DNA of 41,061 nt from Tubiluchus corallicola (GCA_030141605.1 JAQGDQ010001441.1:1-41061), one strand, 5' to 3'. Shown: positions 11,698 through 23,941, counted from the first letter of the stretch. Numbers and translations: made by a program. Notes: a model not told the origin generated them from the sequence alone.

Positions 11698-11764
11698 GAC
11701 AATTGCAACATCATTGCTGGAAATAGCGAAGAAGATTGAAACCAGCAGTTTTGTTACACACTAA
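11698..11764 (+). CDS. Predicted terminal coding exon of the ANK-cGLR gene (RTIATSLLEIAKKIETSSFVTH*)
   Basis: Acceptor TTTCATCATTTCAG|, phase 2 matches the 9660 donor; TAA at 11762-11764; AATAAA at 12549. Confidence 0.6.
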
Positions 11765-12546
11765 ATGCTACACTTTCCATGGCACTGACTTTATTGAAAC
11801 CAGCAGTTTTGTTTCACACTAAATGCAACACTTTCCACGGCACAGACTTTATTGAAACCAGCAGTTTTGTTTCACACTAAATACAACACTTTCCATGGCA
11901 CAGACTTCATTGAAACCAGCAGTTTTGTTTCACACTAAATGCAACACTCTCCATGGCACTGACTTTATTGAAACCAGCAGTTTTGTTTCACACTAAATGC
12001 AACACTTTCCATGGCACAGACTTCATTGAAACCAGCAGTTTTGTTTCACACTAAATGCAACACTTTCCATGACACAGACTTTATTGAAACCAGCAGTTTT
12101 GTTTCACACTAAATGCAACACTTTCCATGGCACAGACTTCATTGAAACCAGCAGTTTTGTTTCACACTAAATACAACACTTTCCATGGCACAGACTTCAT
12201 TGAAACCAGCAGTTTTGTTTCACACTAAATACAACACTTTCCATGGCACAGACTTCATTGAAACCAGCAGTTTTGTTTCACACTAAATGCAACACTTTCC
12301 ATGGCACAGACTTTATTGAAACCAGCAGTTTTGTTTCACACTAAATACAACACTTTCCATGGCACAGACTTCATTGAAACCAGCAGTTTTGTTTCACACT
12401 AAATGCAACACTTTCCATGGCACAGACTTCATTGAAACCAGCAGTTTTGTTTCACACTAAATGCAACACTTTCCATGACACAGACTTCATTGAAACCAGC
12501 AGTTTTGTTTCACACTAAATGCAACACTTTGCACGGCACAGGCTTC
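11735..12546 (+). repeat. Minisatellite, 14 x 58 bp (ATTGAAACCAGCAGTTTTGTTTCACACTAAATGCAACACTTTCCATGGCACAGACTTC)
   Basis: Unit starts at 11735, 11793, 11851 ... 12489; only a few substitutions per unit, no indels, no unique spacers. Confidence 0.97.
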
Positions 12547-12548
12547 AT

Positions 12549-12554
12549 AATAAA
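12549..12554 (+). terminator. Putative polyadenylation signal AATAAA of the ANK-cGLR gene
   Basis: AATAAA immediately after the last 58-bp unit, followed by T/GT-rich sequence. Confidence 0.45.
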
Positions 12555-14215
12555 TTTTTATAATATGTGATTATCTGATGCTGTGATATATTTTCGTTCG
12601 AGACAGAAGGAAAGCCTAGATATGCTGGGAATAAAGGCAGTACTAAAAATTGTTCTTCACCCATGTAACTACTTTCGCATATCTTTTCTAATGCTTAAGA
12701 ATTTGAAAACAAGTAACGCAGTCTAGAACACATAGATCTATGTTTTCCTTTTGCAAACATGTATATTACTTTTAAACATGTATAAAGTATATAACCTTGT
12801 CAGTACAATGAACAGTATGTACCTAAAAAGTGTATAGGAGTAATATGTGGCTTAGTGAACTAAATTTGATAGCAAGTACAATTACTGCATGAGTTTCAAA
12901 TTATTGACACTGAAATCATAAATTTTGAAATTTTAAAATTGAACTATTTGCCCCGAAATTAACCATTTGACCTGTATGACCTCCAGCCTTGGACGCTCAT
13001 GAGTAATAAGTACATGCCTAATAAATTTTACTTTTGTTAAATGTATTCAACTTTTACAGTATTGGCTTAAAGCTTCAGTCCGACTCATGCTTTCTTTCGC
13101 TAAAATACGGAAACAAAAACACTACAGGTCATTAAATAAATATCTCGTCAACAGTCATTTTATTAAAAAATATAAATAATATACTAACAACACATTTTGC
13201 TGCATTATTCACAAACAACGTCAAATATGCGAGTCAGAAAACAAGATTTGATCATTTTATCTGCATGTTCAATAGTTCTGACAAAGCCGAATGGCAACGG
13301 GTACAAATGTCGAGTTTCTAAACGATCAAGTTTTTTTTCCAAATAACCATGAATACAGCACCCCCTGACGAGCGCAAAAAACAACTGAATTCCGCTAACA
13401 ACAGCATAGTCATTAGATTTGTAGACCGCATGCATTACATTATTTTTTCACAATATACTCAAAATCTTATAAAGAAACGAAACATCAGTTAGAAGCATGA
13501 TTATAACAGATTTAACAGATTTTTCTTTACAATATTCACTAACAATTTTTATTTGTCTCTTTGTATGATTGATTTACAGATTCTTACCCATGTGCGTTTT
13601 TCTGTTCCTGGGGGGTGAAATTTATAAACTTTTAGATGATCAACACTTTCGTATGCGGTTCTATTAACTTTTGGGCTGCTTCAGTCGTTTTAATGAAGAT
13701 TGTGTATCTGATTTTCTTGTGTTTTACAAAGCTGGTTGCTCCAGCAGGTTAAACTTTCTATAATTTATTTTTGTGTTGTTATTTTTTTAAACTGCAAATA
13801 AAATTCAACTCAATCAACTCGGCAGATGACCTGCATGCAGACATTTTTTAAGGTCAACGTAAAACAATTGAAGTTACTGAACTGTAGGGGCAGACGGCTT
13901 TGATTTACCTACATGTCAGGTGATGATTGTAGTTAAGACGCGCTGCTGTGGTACGCCTAACCTTTGACCTACAGCAACTACGCGTGTGCACAACGAAACT
14001 GTGAAAAGGCTTAATTATCAACAGTACCTCGTACATACAGACTTATGAAATATCACTAAAATGATTAAAACTGCAGTAGCTTGTAATTCACGTTTTTCAA
14101 ACTGTTTTCTGAAATATTGTAGTTGTTCGTAAAAACCACAATCCCATTGATAAAAGAAAAGGTTTCGCAAAGTTTCATCTTTCTGAGTTTTCAATTTTTG
14201 GCGTTAATGAAATTA

Positions 14216-15229
14216 TAGTGGCGTACCAAGTGCTTGTGGCGTCAGGGGGGAGGGGGTCAAAAAAACTTCTGGCGCCCAGCCCTTTTAATGTTTGGATCAG
14301 TAGTTTCGTGGGGGGTGGGGGAAGCCACCCGCCGTAGACGTTTTTTGCATCCCTCAGCCCGATTTTCCCTTTTCGACACGATGAGATAAAAATAAACATT
14401 TTTTCTAAGAATCACCCTGAGTTTGATTTGTGGTACTGCAGCAGAGTTACTCTTTTCTGTGCATCAGTTGCTCATAACACCCATGTCCTTAAACATTCAG
14501 CTCCAGCATTAAAACATGTAAAGATCATGAAATATACCAAACACTACAGGTTTTCACAATAATACAATCAGCATTTAGAGAAGCGTCACTGTTTCTCCCA
14601 AAATTATCAATCTGCTTTTCCACAGGACACCCTATACACGCCGTTAAGTAACAATATTAGCTTTTTCTACGCAGAAATTTGGATATAAAAAATGTAATTT
14701 TTCTACGCGATTCTCTGGGCTACGGTATTTGGAATTCTCTTAAAGATTTTTGAATTTAACTTTTTATAAAACACTCAAGGTGTGTAGTATAACACATACA
14801 ATCACACGCAAATTATAAACACTATTAAGAAATATACACAAAAAATACAAGAGAAAGTGTACAATGGTCACAGAGAACCGTTTGACGCAGATGAACTAAA
14901 AGAAAGAATTGTTGAGTGCTGGGACCCAAATACCCCTTAAAGAAGTGAAAACGAGTCAGCTGTTGGAGGAAACGCTTTTGTTTAGTTTGCAGTGAAATAT
15001 AAAGTCATATTATTTTGGATATAATAGAATTTGCATCGCTTTTCTATGTGGAAATTCAGTCGGTTTTGATGATCTCTGACTGGGCAATGTTGTTGTAGTT
15101 TGACTGTTAATTGTTTTGTTAATGTCGGATTGGTAATTAATAATTAACAGTCATTGAACTCTAGAAGATTTTTGCACCCTCTCACCCTTGAGATTGCCCC
15201 ATGTCGCCCCCCATCTTGTTACGCCTCCG
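14216..15229. mobile_element. Degenerate TIR element (hAT/Harbinger-like MITE)
   Basis: TAGTGGCGTACCAAG ... CTTGTTACGCCTCCG imperfect inverted ends with G-rich and C-rich subterminal tracts; no clear TSD. Confidence 0.4.
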
Positions 15230-15290
15230 TTAAATTTATTATTTTTCGCCTCTGTATCTGTTGTTTCTAGTGGAAGGTAAAGAAATCAAA

Positions 15291-15901
15291 TTAGGCTATA
15301 AGTGCAAGTGTTAAATCATCATCATTTTCCACGTCTGAAAGTTTGGAGCATTTCTCGAATTTTTTCAATTCTCTTCTGGATCCGCCGGCTGAACGGCTAC
15401 CTTCCGGATCGCGGGTTCCGGAATTGTCGTTTGAACCCTGCAGGTTTGTACGCCGCTCGGTCTGAAGCCGTCCTCTTAATTTCTTCAGCCTCTGTCTTAG
15501 TCGAGATGCCGAGTTACCGCTGTCGCCACTGTTTGCTTGTCTGCCACTTGGCACTTCTCGATTTTCCGCGCCCTCTTCCATGTTGCTGCTGTCTGCTTGT
15601 CTTCCGCTTAGCACTTCTCGATTTTCCTCGCCCTCTTCCGTGTTTCCACTGTCGCCACTGTCTGCTTGCCTTCCGCTTGGCACATCTCGATTTTCCGCGC
15701 CCTCTTCCGTGTTGCCACTGTCACCACTGTCTGCTTGTCTTCCGCTTGGCACTTCTCGATTTTCTGCGCCCTCTTGAGTGTTTCCGCTATCGCCACTGTC
15801 TGCTTGTCTTCCGCTTGGCACTCTCGATTTTCTGCGCCCTGTTCCCTGTTGCCGCCATCGCTCACATCTGCAGATTCTAGATCGTTGTCTTGTGCACTTA
15901 C
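15291..15901 (-). CDS. Putative terminal exon or pseudo-exon encoding an acidic Gly/Ser-rich 23-aa repeat protein (VPSGRQADSGDSGNTEEGAENRE)n
   Basis: GC-rich island. About five 69-bp units (one shortened to 60 bp) at ~15515-15870; open frame to TAA at 15291; candidate acceptor CCTTTTCTTATAAAG|. The first unit has a 1-nt deletion near 15822. Upstream exons not established. Confidence 0.45.
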
Positions 15902-16067
15902 CTTTATAAGAAAAGGTTTACTCATTAATTCACTGTATATGTTTGTATATGGCTTTTAGCTGAAATAAACTGATCAATCAATCAATCAATCAATAATGCG
16001 TAGTCAACCAAAACATTCCAATCCCAGGTATTGAAGGTGTGAGAAAATGTGCACTTATTATTAATTA

Positions 16068-16141
16068 TTAATAATACGTAAATAATAATAATAATTTATA
16101 ATAATAATAATAATAACAATAATAATAATAATAATAATAAA
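16068..16141. repeat. (TAA)n microsatellite, interrupted
   Basis: Directly visible. Confidence 0.9.
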
Positions 16142-16909
16142 TTAGTATTAGCCTTTTAATATTATTTATTAATAATAAAAGGCTAATACTTATTATTAGC
16201 CTTTTCGCCGTTCCAACGATTGATGATGATCGTGAAATTGTCAAAGGTTTAGTGTAACAGACATCACATTTGTGCACGCTTGACAACGCCTCGCAGCCCA
16301 TGCTATTGTAATACCAACAGTTTTAACAGCTAGCTAGAACCTTACCTAATTCGTTTTTTCTTATTCCCATGTAAAACCCTGCTAGTAAATCACTCTGCAC
16401 ACAGACTAATGCATAATTAAGGAAAGTCCACGCAAAACAACTGAAGTTACTGAACCGATGCGGCAGACGGCTTTGCTTTTCTCACACTAACCTTTGACCT
16501 CTACAGCAACTGCGCGTGCGCACAACAAAACTTATTTGACATTGTCTTAGAAAATCACTTTACTTGCAAGGGTACCCATACTCACATAAATTGCAAAGAA
16601 TAGGTTTCCAAAGTTTAAAAATCAGAAGTTATTATTGTATATCTGACGGGCCAACAAAGTTTCCATATTGTGCAGGTGTTGCAAATTCACTATCCAGATC
16701 ATATGATACTGCAGCAGTTGGTGTTTTAGTGCAGTTTATTGTTACACACACTTTATAGGTCTATAGGCTAAGTTCTATAAAATGAAGCAATTGTTGTATT
16801 ACTTGGGTACACCTCTTGTTGTACTCTAGAAAAGGTACAGCAGTGAATCAAATGCGCCCCGGGCTGTGATTTGCACGATTTACAAGAGACATCATAACAG
16901 TTGATACAT

Positions 16910-18578
16910 AATTTAACTGTAGACGAAGTTTTGAATGTTGATTTGACTGTAGATGAAGTTTTTATTGTTGATTTGACTGTTAATGAACTTTTGAATGTTG
17001 ATTTGACTGTAGATGAAGTTTTTATTGTTGATTTGACTGTAGGTGAAGTTTTGATTGTGTATTTGACTGTAGATGAACTTTTGAATGTTGATTTGACTGT
17101 TAATGAAGTTTTGAATGTTGATTTGACTGTAGATGAAGTTTTTATTGTTGATTTGACTGTAGGTGAAGTTTTGATTGTGGATTTGACTGTAGATGACGTT
17201 TTGATTGTTGATTTGACTGTAGATGAAGTTTTGAATGTTGATTTGACTGTAGATGAAGTTTTGAATGTTGATTTAACTGTAGATGAAGTTTTGAATGTTG
17301 ATTTGACTGTAGATGAAGTTTTGATTGTTTATTTGACTGTAGATGAAGTTGTGATTGTTGATTTGACTGTAGATGAAGTTTTGATTGTCGATTTAACTGT
17401 AGACGAAGTTTTGATTGTTGATTTGACTGTAGATGAACTTTTGAATGTTGATTTGACTGTTAATGAAGTTTTGAATGTTGATTTGACTGTAGATGAAGTT
17501 TTTATTGTTGATTTGACTGTAGGTGAAGTTTTGATTGTGTATTTGACTGTAGATGAAGTTTTGAATGTTGATTTGACTGTTAATGAAGTTTTGAATGTTG
17601 ATTTGACTGTAGATGAAGTTTTTATTGTTGATTTGACTGTAGATGAACTTTTGAATGTTGATTTGACTGTTAATGAAGTTTTGAATGTTGATTTGACTGT
17701 AGATGAAGTTTTTATTGTTGATTTGACTGTAGGTGAAGTTTTGATTGTGGATTTGACTGTAGATGAAGTTTTGATTGTTGATTTGACTGTTGATGAAGTT
17801 TTGAATGTTGATTTGACTGTAGATGAAGTTTTGATTGTTGATTTAACTGTAGATGAAGTTTTGAATGTTGATTTGACTGTAGATGAAGTTTTGATTGTTT
17901 ATTTGACTGTAGATGAAGTTTTTGTTGTTGATTTGACTGTAGGTGAAGTTTTGATTGTGTATTTGACTGTAGATGAACTTTTGAATGTTGATTTGACTGT
18001 TAAAGAAGTTTTGAATGTTGATTTGACTGTAGATGAAGTTTTTATTGTTGATTTGACTGTAGGTGAAGTTTTGATTGTTGATTTGACTGTAGATGAAGTT
18101 TTGAATGTTGATTTGACTGTAGATGAAGTTTTGATTGTTTATTTGACTGTAGATGAAGTTTTGAATGTTGATTTGACTGTAGATGAAGTTTTTATTGTTG
18201 ATTTGACTGTAGGTGAAGTTTTGATTGTGGATTTGACTGTAGATGAAGTTTTGATTGTTGATTTGACTGTTGATGAAGTTTTGAATGTTGATTTGACTGT
18301 AGATGAAGTTTTGATTGTTGATTTAACTGTAGATGAAGTTTTGAGTGTTGATTTGACTGTAGATGAAGTTTTGATTGTTTATTTGACTGTAGATGAAGTT
18401 TTTATTGTTGATTTGACTGTAGGTGAAGTTTTGATTGTGTATTTGACTGTAGATGAACTTTTGAATGTTGATTTGACTGTTAATGAAGTTTTGAATGTTG
18501 ATTTGACTGTAGATGAAGTTTTTATTGTTGATTTGACTGTAGGTGAAGTTTTGATTGTTGATTTGACTGTAGATGAAA
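16910..18578 (+). repeat. Minisatellite, ~56 x 30 bp (GATTTGACTGTAGATGAAGTTTTGAWTGTT) with recurring variant blocks
   Basis: Exact 30-bp period (two units per 60-nt line); flanked by ~58-bp direct repeats at 16821-16878 and 18592-18649. Confidence 0.97.
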
Positions 18579-20059
18579 TTTTGGCACCTTTGTACTTTAG
18601 AAAAGGTACAGCAGTGAGTCAAACGCCCCCTGGGCTGTAATTTGCACGAGTAAAGATTTTGAAGTTTATTTATTTAAGATCAAGCAACAAGGTGCGAAAA
18701 TATTCAATGTTCACACAGCAATTGAATAATTATTGTTCAATAATATCGTCAGATATACTTACTAAAATCGATCCAATTAAAAGCAACAATCCAATCACTA
18801 TAAAAAAGCAAAGATGATGTTTAGCAAGTTTTCACTCGAACAGCAAGTTATTTCAAATTATGTAATTTGAATGGCACGTATTTAACTAATTATTTTAAAA
18901 GTAAGTCCTGTTAGTAGTTGTGCATAATTTTGCATACATTCTTATTTAAAAACTTTCATAGTCTTATTATTTAACATTCTTATTTAATAATTTATAATTG
19001 TGATTATTAAAAAGCATAATAGATTAAATAAGATAAAAAATACATTTAAACTTTTTATTGACAAAGTTGTGTACGAAAAGTTGCAATTTAATGCAGTTAA
19101 TTTTGCAAAATTGAGAACTGTGTCTTGTTTTTTTGCAAAATGTTTGCTGCTACGGTCCCAGTTGTCTTAAACTCCGCATACAGCATTGATTTTTGATGCT
19201 ACTTCAAGGTCATCATATCCATATTTATTGGAATTGCGCGTTAAATTGCTATCAACTAAACTGCGTATTTTCTTGATTGCAAAACGGTTTAATCTGCAAC
19301 TTATAGACGTAATTTATGACAGGTTGAGCATTTTTCGTGAGAATACAACATACACCGACAGTACATAGCAAGAGCTCTTGTCCAGAAACCCGAGGTAATG
19401 AGCCGGTTCTGTGAGCGTGCGAAAAACATGCACACTGACTGGACAGTCAGCAGGGAATGACTGGCATTTTGTTTGACCTCATTTGATTACTCGTCCTTCC
19501 ATAAACACCAAGTAGGCACCGGGCAGACATGCAATTGTGCAACTAAAAGATGTGCAACTGAAAAGTGCAGCAATTTTGCTGGTGCACCAAAATTCGGCCT
19601 ACAGACATGTAATTTTAAATTGTGCAACTGACGCTATATGAGCCATGTTTCAAAGGCAAATGCGACTGACGCACAGGGTACTGGAGTGTGGAAACTGGAG
19701 AGTGACTCACTAGGTGGCGTAGGCAGCAGAAATGTGTTGACTGGTCTCCAGTTTCTGAATTTGTCATTGAATAACTTAAAGGAGGGTGGCAAGGACGTGA
19801 TTTAAATTCATTAATTCGTTATTCTTTCCCTCTTTCGTTTGGTTAATGGTGCCTTTTCCTAAGGCAGTGCCCCTTCTTATGTGTTTAACTATTACGTTTG
19901 GTTAAAAGTTGCTCAATTAAAAACTACGTGTCTGCGCATGCTCAGTTACGGTCCCATGCAGACATGCAAATTTCAGGTACACTAAAATTGAAAATCGCAA
20001 ATCTGCGTGAGACTTAAAACTCTGAGCCCAGAGGCAACTTTTAGATGCGCAGTTTTTAT

Positions 20060-21090
20060 AAATACACAACAAAATGGCATTAAGCACGGCATACATACGC
20101 CAAACCAGAGGCCATCTAACCAAGAAAACAAAAATTCTCATCTACAAAAGTCTAATATTACCACATTATCTATATGGTTGCACTTTACTTCAAAACGTTA
20201 AAAATGAAAACTTTAGAAAACTAAATACAATGCAAAACTACTCACTAAGATTAATTCATAGCTATTCTAATAAAACTGCTAAACAACATGCTGCTTCTGC
20301 AACAAGCTTAAGAACGTCCACAAAAATACCAATATTAGAAGCCTATCGAGATTATAAAACTCTGATATTTCTTTATAAATATATCAATAAACTGAGCATT
20401 CCATTTATAAACAATCCCTTAACATTCATTCCTGATACCACTTTAAACACTAGAACACACAGTTTAAAGCAAATTACAGTAAACAATAAATTTGGAAATA
20501 ACTCTATATCAAAACAGGCCATACATTTGTGGAACTTACTGCCCAGTGAAATAAAACAAATAGAAATTCTCCACCACTTTAAAAAGAAATTAAAAGAATG
20601 TCAATATAACAGGTTTCAACTTCCACATTGTGCATCAGATACTAATCACACAGACTTAACTTTCATCTACCCCCGCCCCTGACTCCATAAAACGATTAAA
20701 AATGATTTTGTTTTAAAATTATGTAATGTAATACGTGTTATGTTAGTTTTGTAATGTCAAATGTATAAAGTGTAAATGTAATGAGTGAAATTTATGTAAT
20801 GTGAAGCATGTTTCTGTGAATTGTGTCATGTCAAGTGTAAAATATGTCATGTAAAATTTAATGTACTTTTGTAATATTGTTTTGTAAACATATTTTAATA
20901 TGGTGTTTATAAATATGTTCATTTATTGTACATAATTGGGCCTTAGTTTTAAACTTTAGTGTTTTTAGTCTGCACTGGACGCATTTGTTTTGAACAGTGT
21001 TGTTATTTTAACATTACGCTGAGGCTTACTCAATTTTATTATAACGAGTGAACCATTTTAAAGACAAATAAAGAATTAATATAATATAAT
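20060..21090 (+). mobile_element. 5'-truncated LINE (CR1/L2/Crack-like): ORF2 post-RT C-terminus (20074-20682) and 3' UTR
   Basis: Motifs IYKSLILPHYLYG, LNTMQNYSLRLI, NTRT, FGNNSI..QAIHLWNLLPSEIK...FKKKLK are typical of the CR1-group ORF2 tail; AT-rich UTR ends AATAAA plus short AT repeats; second copy at ~9890-10250. Confidence 0.85.
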
Positions 21091-21955
21091 AATATTTAGT
21101 TGCATACGCGTAGGCGTTCTCATAAACTTCAGTTATTTACAGATTTTTCAACTTTTAGTTCAGTATCTGCGCGAGGTCGTAGGCCCTACGAGGCTGCAAA
21201 TGAGTGTTAAATCATATAAAACGCAAATTACTGTTGCATTTTATAGGTAGTTTTACTGCTGTTGCGATTTGTGATTACAAATTAGCGAGTTTAACGGTCA
21301 CAGCAGGTAGTTAGACAAAAGTGTTTTGAGGCCCGCACCTGGGGCAGATTAGGAGCTGTGTTGAAGACGGGAGCCTGGCATTACTGTCCTCTTATATTTA
21401 CCGTGTTGTGTTTGTTGTTTAATAAATGTGTAGTAAATGTGTAGTTTATTAAATCAAGTCTTGATAGTTTGCCATGCCCATCGTGGCTACCTCACACGCC
21501 ACACAATAAACAACAATGATCAGCAAGCAGCATTAACCACAATAATAAGTAGACACGCAACCACTATACCAATTATTTTACTCAGTATACAGTACACCCA
21601 TACCCGATGCCCATCCAGAATGCCCTATAAATAAACTGGTTCCACACAAATTAAAAACAACACCACTCATCGTGTTGTATTTGACCATTAAAATTTCGTA
21701 GAAAATGCAGCAGTGACCAAATCTCGTAGCGCTATTTTAATTCCAAGTTTCTTAGACATACGAATTGCCTTTACGGTCCATTTCGCTCATCAGTGAAGCG
21801 CTGCTAGACAAAAAATTATTTTTATTTTAAGTTAAAGTTTAATTTAACTGGGAAAGTTCTGAATCTCGTTATGAATAGTATATTGCTAGGCTCCACCTTG
21901 TTTCTTTTGGTACACTTCTATGGCAGCCCATGTGCAGTTTTGGGTACGTAGTGCC

Positions 21956-22223
21956 GAGGGCCTATTTCAACCTAAGCGAGGCCCCGGAAAGTGGGGCGTG
22001 TGAGGCCCCATCGGGTGGGGGGAGGTGGGTCGAAGCGCGGGCGGGCGTTACCATGGTTGACGCCGAGAAAATTTTTGAACTGCTAGAACGCCGGAGTAGC
22101 ATTTTCGAAGAGAAAATATGGAGTTATACAGTTGTTAAAGGAAAGAACATTGAAAAAACTGCTTTATTCTCAAGACCAGTCCTTAATACTTGCCAATACT
22201 GGCAAACGGCGTGCGTGCGGCAA

Positions 22224-22262
<39 letters not shown>

Positions 22263-22372
22263 GGGGCAGTATGTTTGCATAAAACAAAAAAGTTACCTTG
22301 GCGCGAGGCACCCCTAGAGGGTAAGGCCCGGCAAAGTATCCCCACTTACCCGCCCCCCTTGAATAGGCCCTG
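21956..22372. mobile_element. hAT MITE with perfect 8-bp TSD
   Basis: GTAGTGCC|GAGGGCCTATTTCAA ... TTGAATAGGCCCTG|GTAGTGCC (TSD at 21948-21955 and 22373-22380); internal (GA)n. Confidence 0.9.
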
Positions 22373-22735
22373 GTAGTGCCTTCCTCATCATACTCAGGGT
22401 TGCCGGACGTCCCTTATATATGGGGCTTTTCCCATATTTGATAATTTTGTCCCCTGTCCAGTTTCCAAATGTCCAGTTTTTAGTTCATTTTCAAATTTTG
22501 TAATAAAAATATTTTTACTTCCTTCTTACGGTTCTTATTAGTAACTTTTCTCAGATTCTCTTGTTGAAAATAACTCAAATGTAACGATTAAATAATAATA
22601 ATATTTTTCTGTTGATTGTGTTAAATAATTTTCAAATGATTTTACTTTTTTTGACACAACCACTTAAAATCCTTGCTTTATGTTTTTAACTTATTTCTCT
22701 ACTTTTATATAATATATTAGTTTCATATAATACAT

Positions 22736-23037
22736 CATCTAACAGTAGAATACAGTACCAACAAATTACGTTCGTTTAGATTAAACATGAGAGATTAATA
22801 AACACTAAGTATGCCCCGAGATGGAAGCCGACACAATGACAAGTTATACAAGAATGTTACCCATATTGAGTACTTGTGGCTGTACCAGCATCTAACAGTA
22901 GAATACAGTACCAACAAATTACGTTCGTTTTGATTAAACCTGAGAGATTAATAAACACTAACTATCCCGGTAGATGGAAGCCAAAACTTAATGGTAGGTT
23001 GTACAAGACTGCTACTGTTATTGAGTACTTGTGGCTG
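22736..23037. repeat. Tandem duplication, 2 x ~153 bp
   Basis: CATCTAACAGTAGAATACAGTACCAACAAATTACGTTCGTTT starts at 22736 and 22889; both units end TTGAGTACTTGTGGCTG. Confidence 0.9.
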
Positions 23038-23307
23038 AAACAGAAGCTAACTATTTATCAAGAAGAATTCTCTAAGACGAGGCAATGTACTGAACGAGAG
23101 GTGTGAGCCTCGTTGGAGGTGTACACATCTTCCATGAGATAGGCATCTTCCCTCAACGAACACCTTCAGTTATCAGTTGACTAAATTCAAAGTTGCTCCA
23201 ACTATCGTGTTATTTTTATTATTATAACTGTTTATTTTGATCATAGAAACATATCTGTCGTGTTTGCCACCCCCACTAAACCATGTAAGTGGTGGGTTTT
23301 CTAGTGC

Positions 23308-23567
23308 TTTAAGCTTCGTTTGCTCATGGTAGAGCAACAAATTCCATCAGCAAAGTGATGCTGGTCCATTTTCGCACCCCTATGCTCTGCTGGCCGGAAA
23401 ACCCACTTAACTTCATAGGACTTGCTGTTTTCTTGTGTTTTAAGCTTCGTTTGCTTAAGGTAGTGCTGCAAATTCCATCAGCAATGTCATGCAAGTGGTG
23501 CTGCTGGTCCATTTTCGCACCCCGATGCTCTGCGGGCCGTAAATCACACTTAACTTCATAGGACTTG
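23308..23567. repeat. Tandem duplication, 2 x ~130-140 bp
   Basis: TTTAAGCTTCGTTTGCT ... CACTTAACTTCATAGGACTTGC occurs twice (from 23308 and ~23439). Confidence 0.9.
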
Positions 23568-23852
23568 CAGATGTTTCCTAACCTAAAAGTGCCATCATAA
23601 AGATTTTTGTCCCCACCTCACAGGTTTAAGTCAACGCGGTCCTGGTAGATAATGTAGCTGTTAACGTATGCTGGTATACAAATGATGATGCACAAGTACT
23701 TAAAGTGCTGAATTGATTTGGCTCCCTGCATATATGAGCAGAGGAAATGTAATTTATAGTGACTATTTAAAATATTTGACTTTTAGGAAAAATTGTTGCT
23801 GTTTGTTTGGTCACACTGGTCTGGTTTTTGCTAATGCAGATGTGGGTCCCCC

Positions 23853-23878
23853 TATATAAATAACCAATAATATCAGTC
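23853..23878 (+). promoter_or_regulatory. Core promoter of the Kunitz gene: TATA box (TATATAAA) and Inr-like TCAGT
   Basis: TATATAAA at ~23853-23860, TCAGT at ~23874-23878, ~65-90 nt upstream of GCCATGG at 23942. Confidence 0.6.
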
Positions 23879-23941
23879 GAGTGTGACAAATATCAGATTT
23901 GACTCATCAGAAGAAACATTACTGCAGTTTATTCGTCAGCC

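Noticed and set aside
11735-12546. CRISPR array (the permuted unit reads GTTTCA...ATTGAAAC like many CRISPR repeats, next to a cGAS-like gene)
   Set aside because: No unique spacers: the intervening CAGCAGTTTT is invariant and the whole 58 bp repeats. No cas genes, and the context is spliceosomal and eukaryotic.
16901-18640. 579-aa DLTVDEV protein as a confident CDS
   Set aside because: No ATG or clear acceptor; openness follows from a stop-free 30-bp unit. Kept only as a finding.
19515-20055. Harbinger-like element with CAGACATG and TGTGCAACT motifs, possibly interrupted by the LINE
   Set aside because: Motif clustering is visible, but I could not define termini or a TSD.
20074-20682. Host gene or active retrotransposon
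   Set aside because: Only the post-RT tail of a LINE ORF2 is present; no RT catalytic core or endonuclease in the window.
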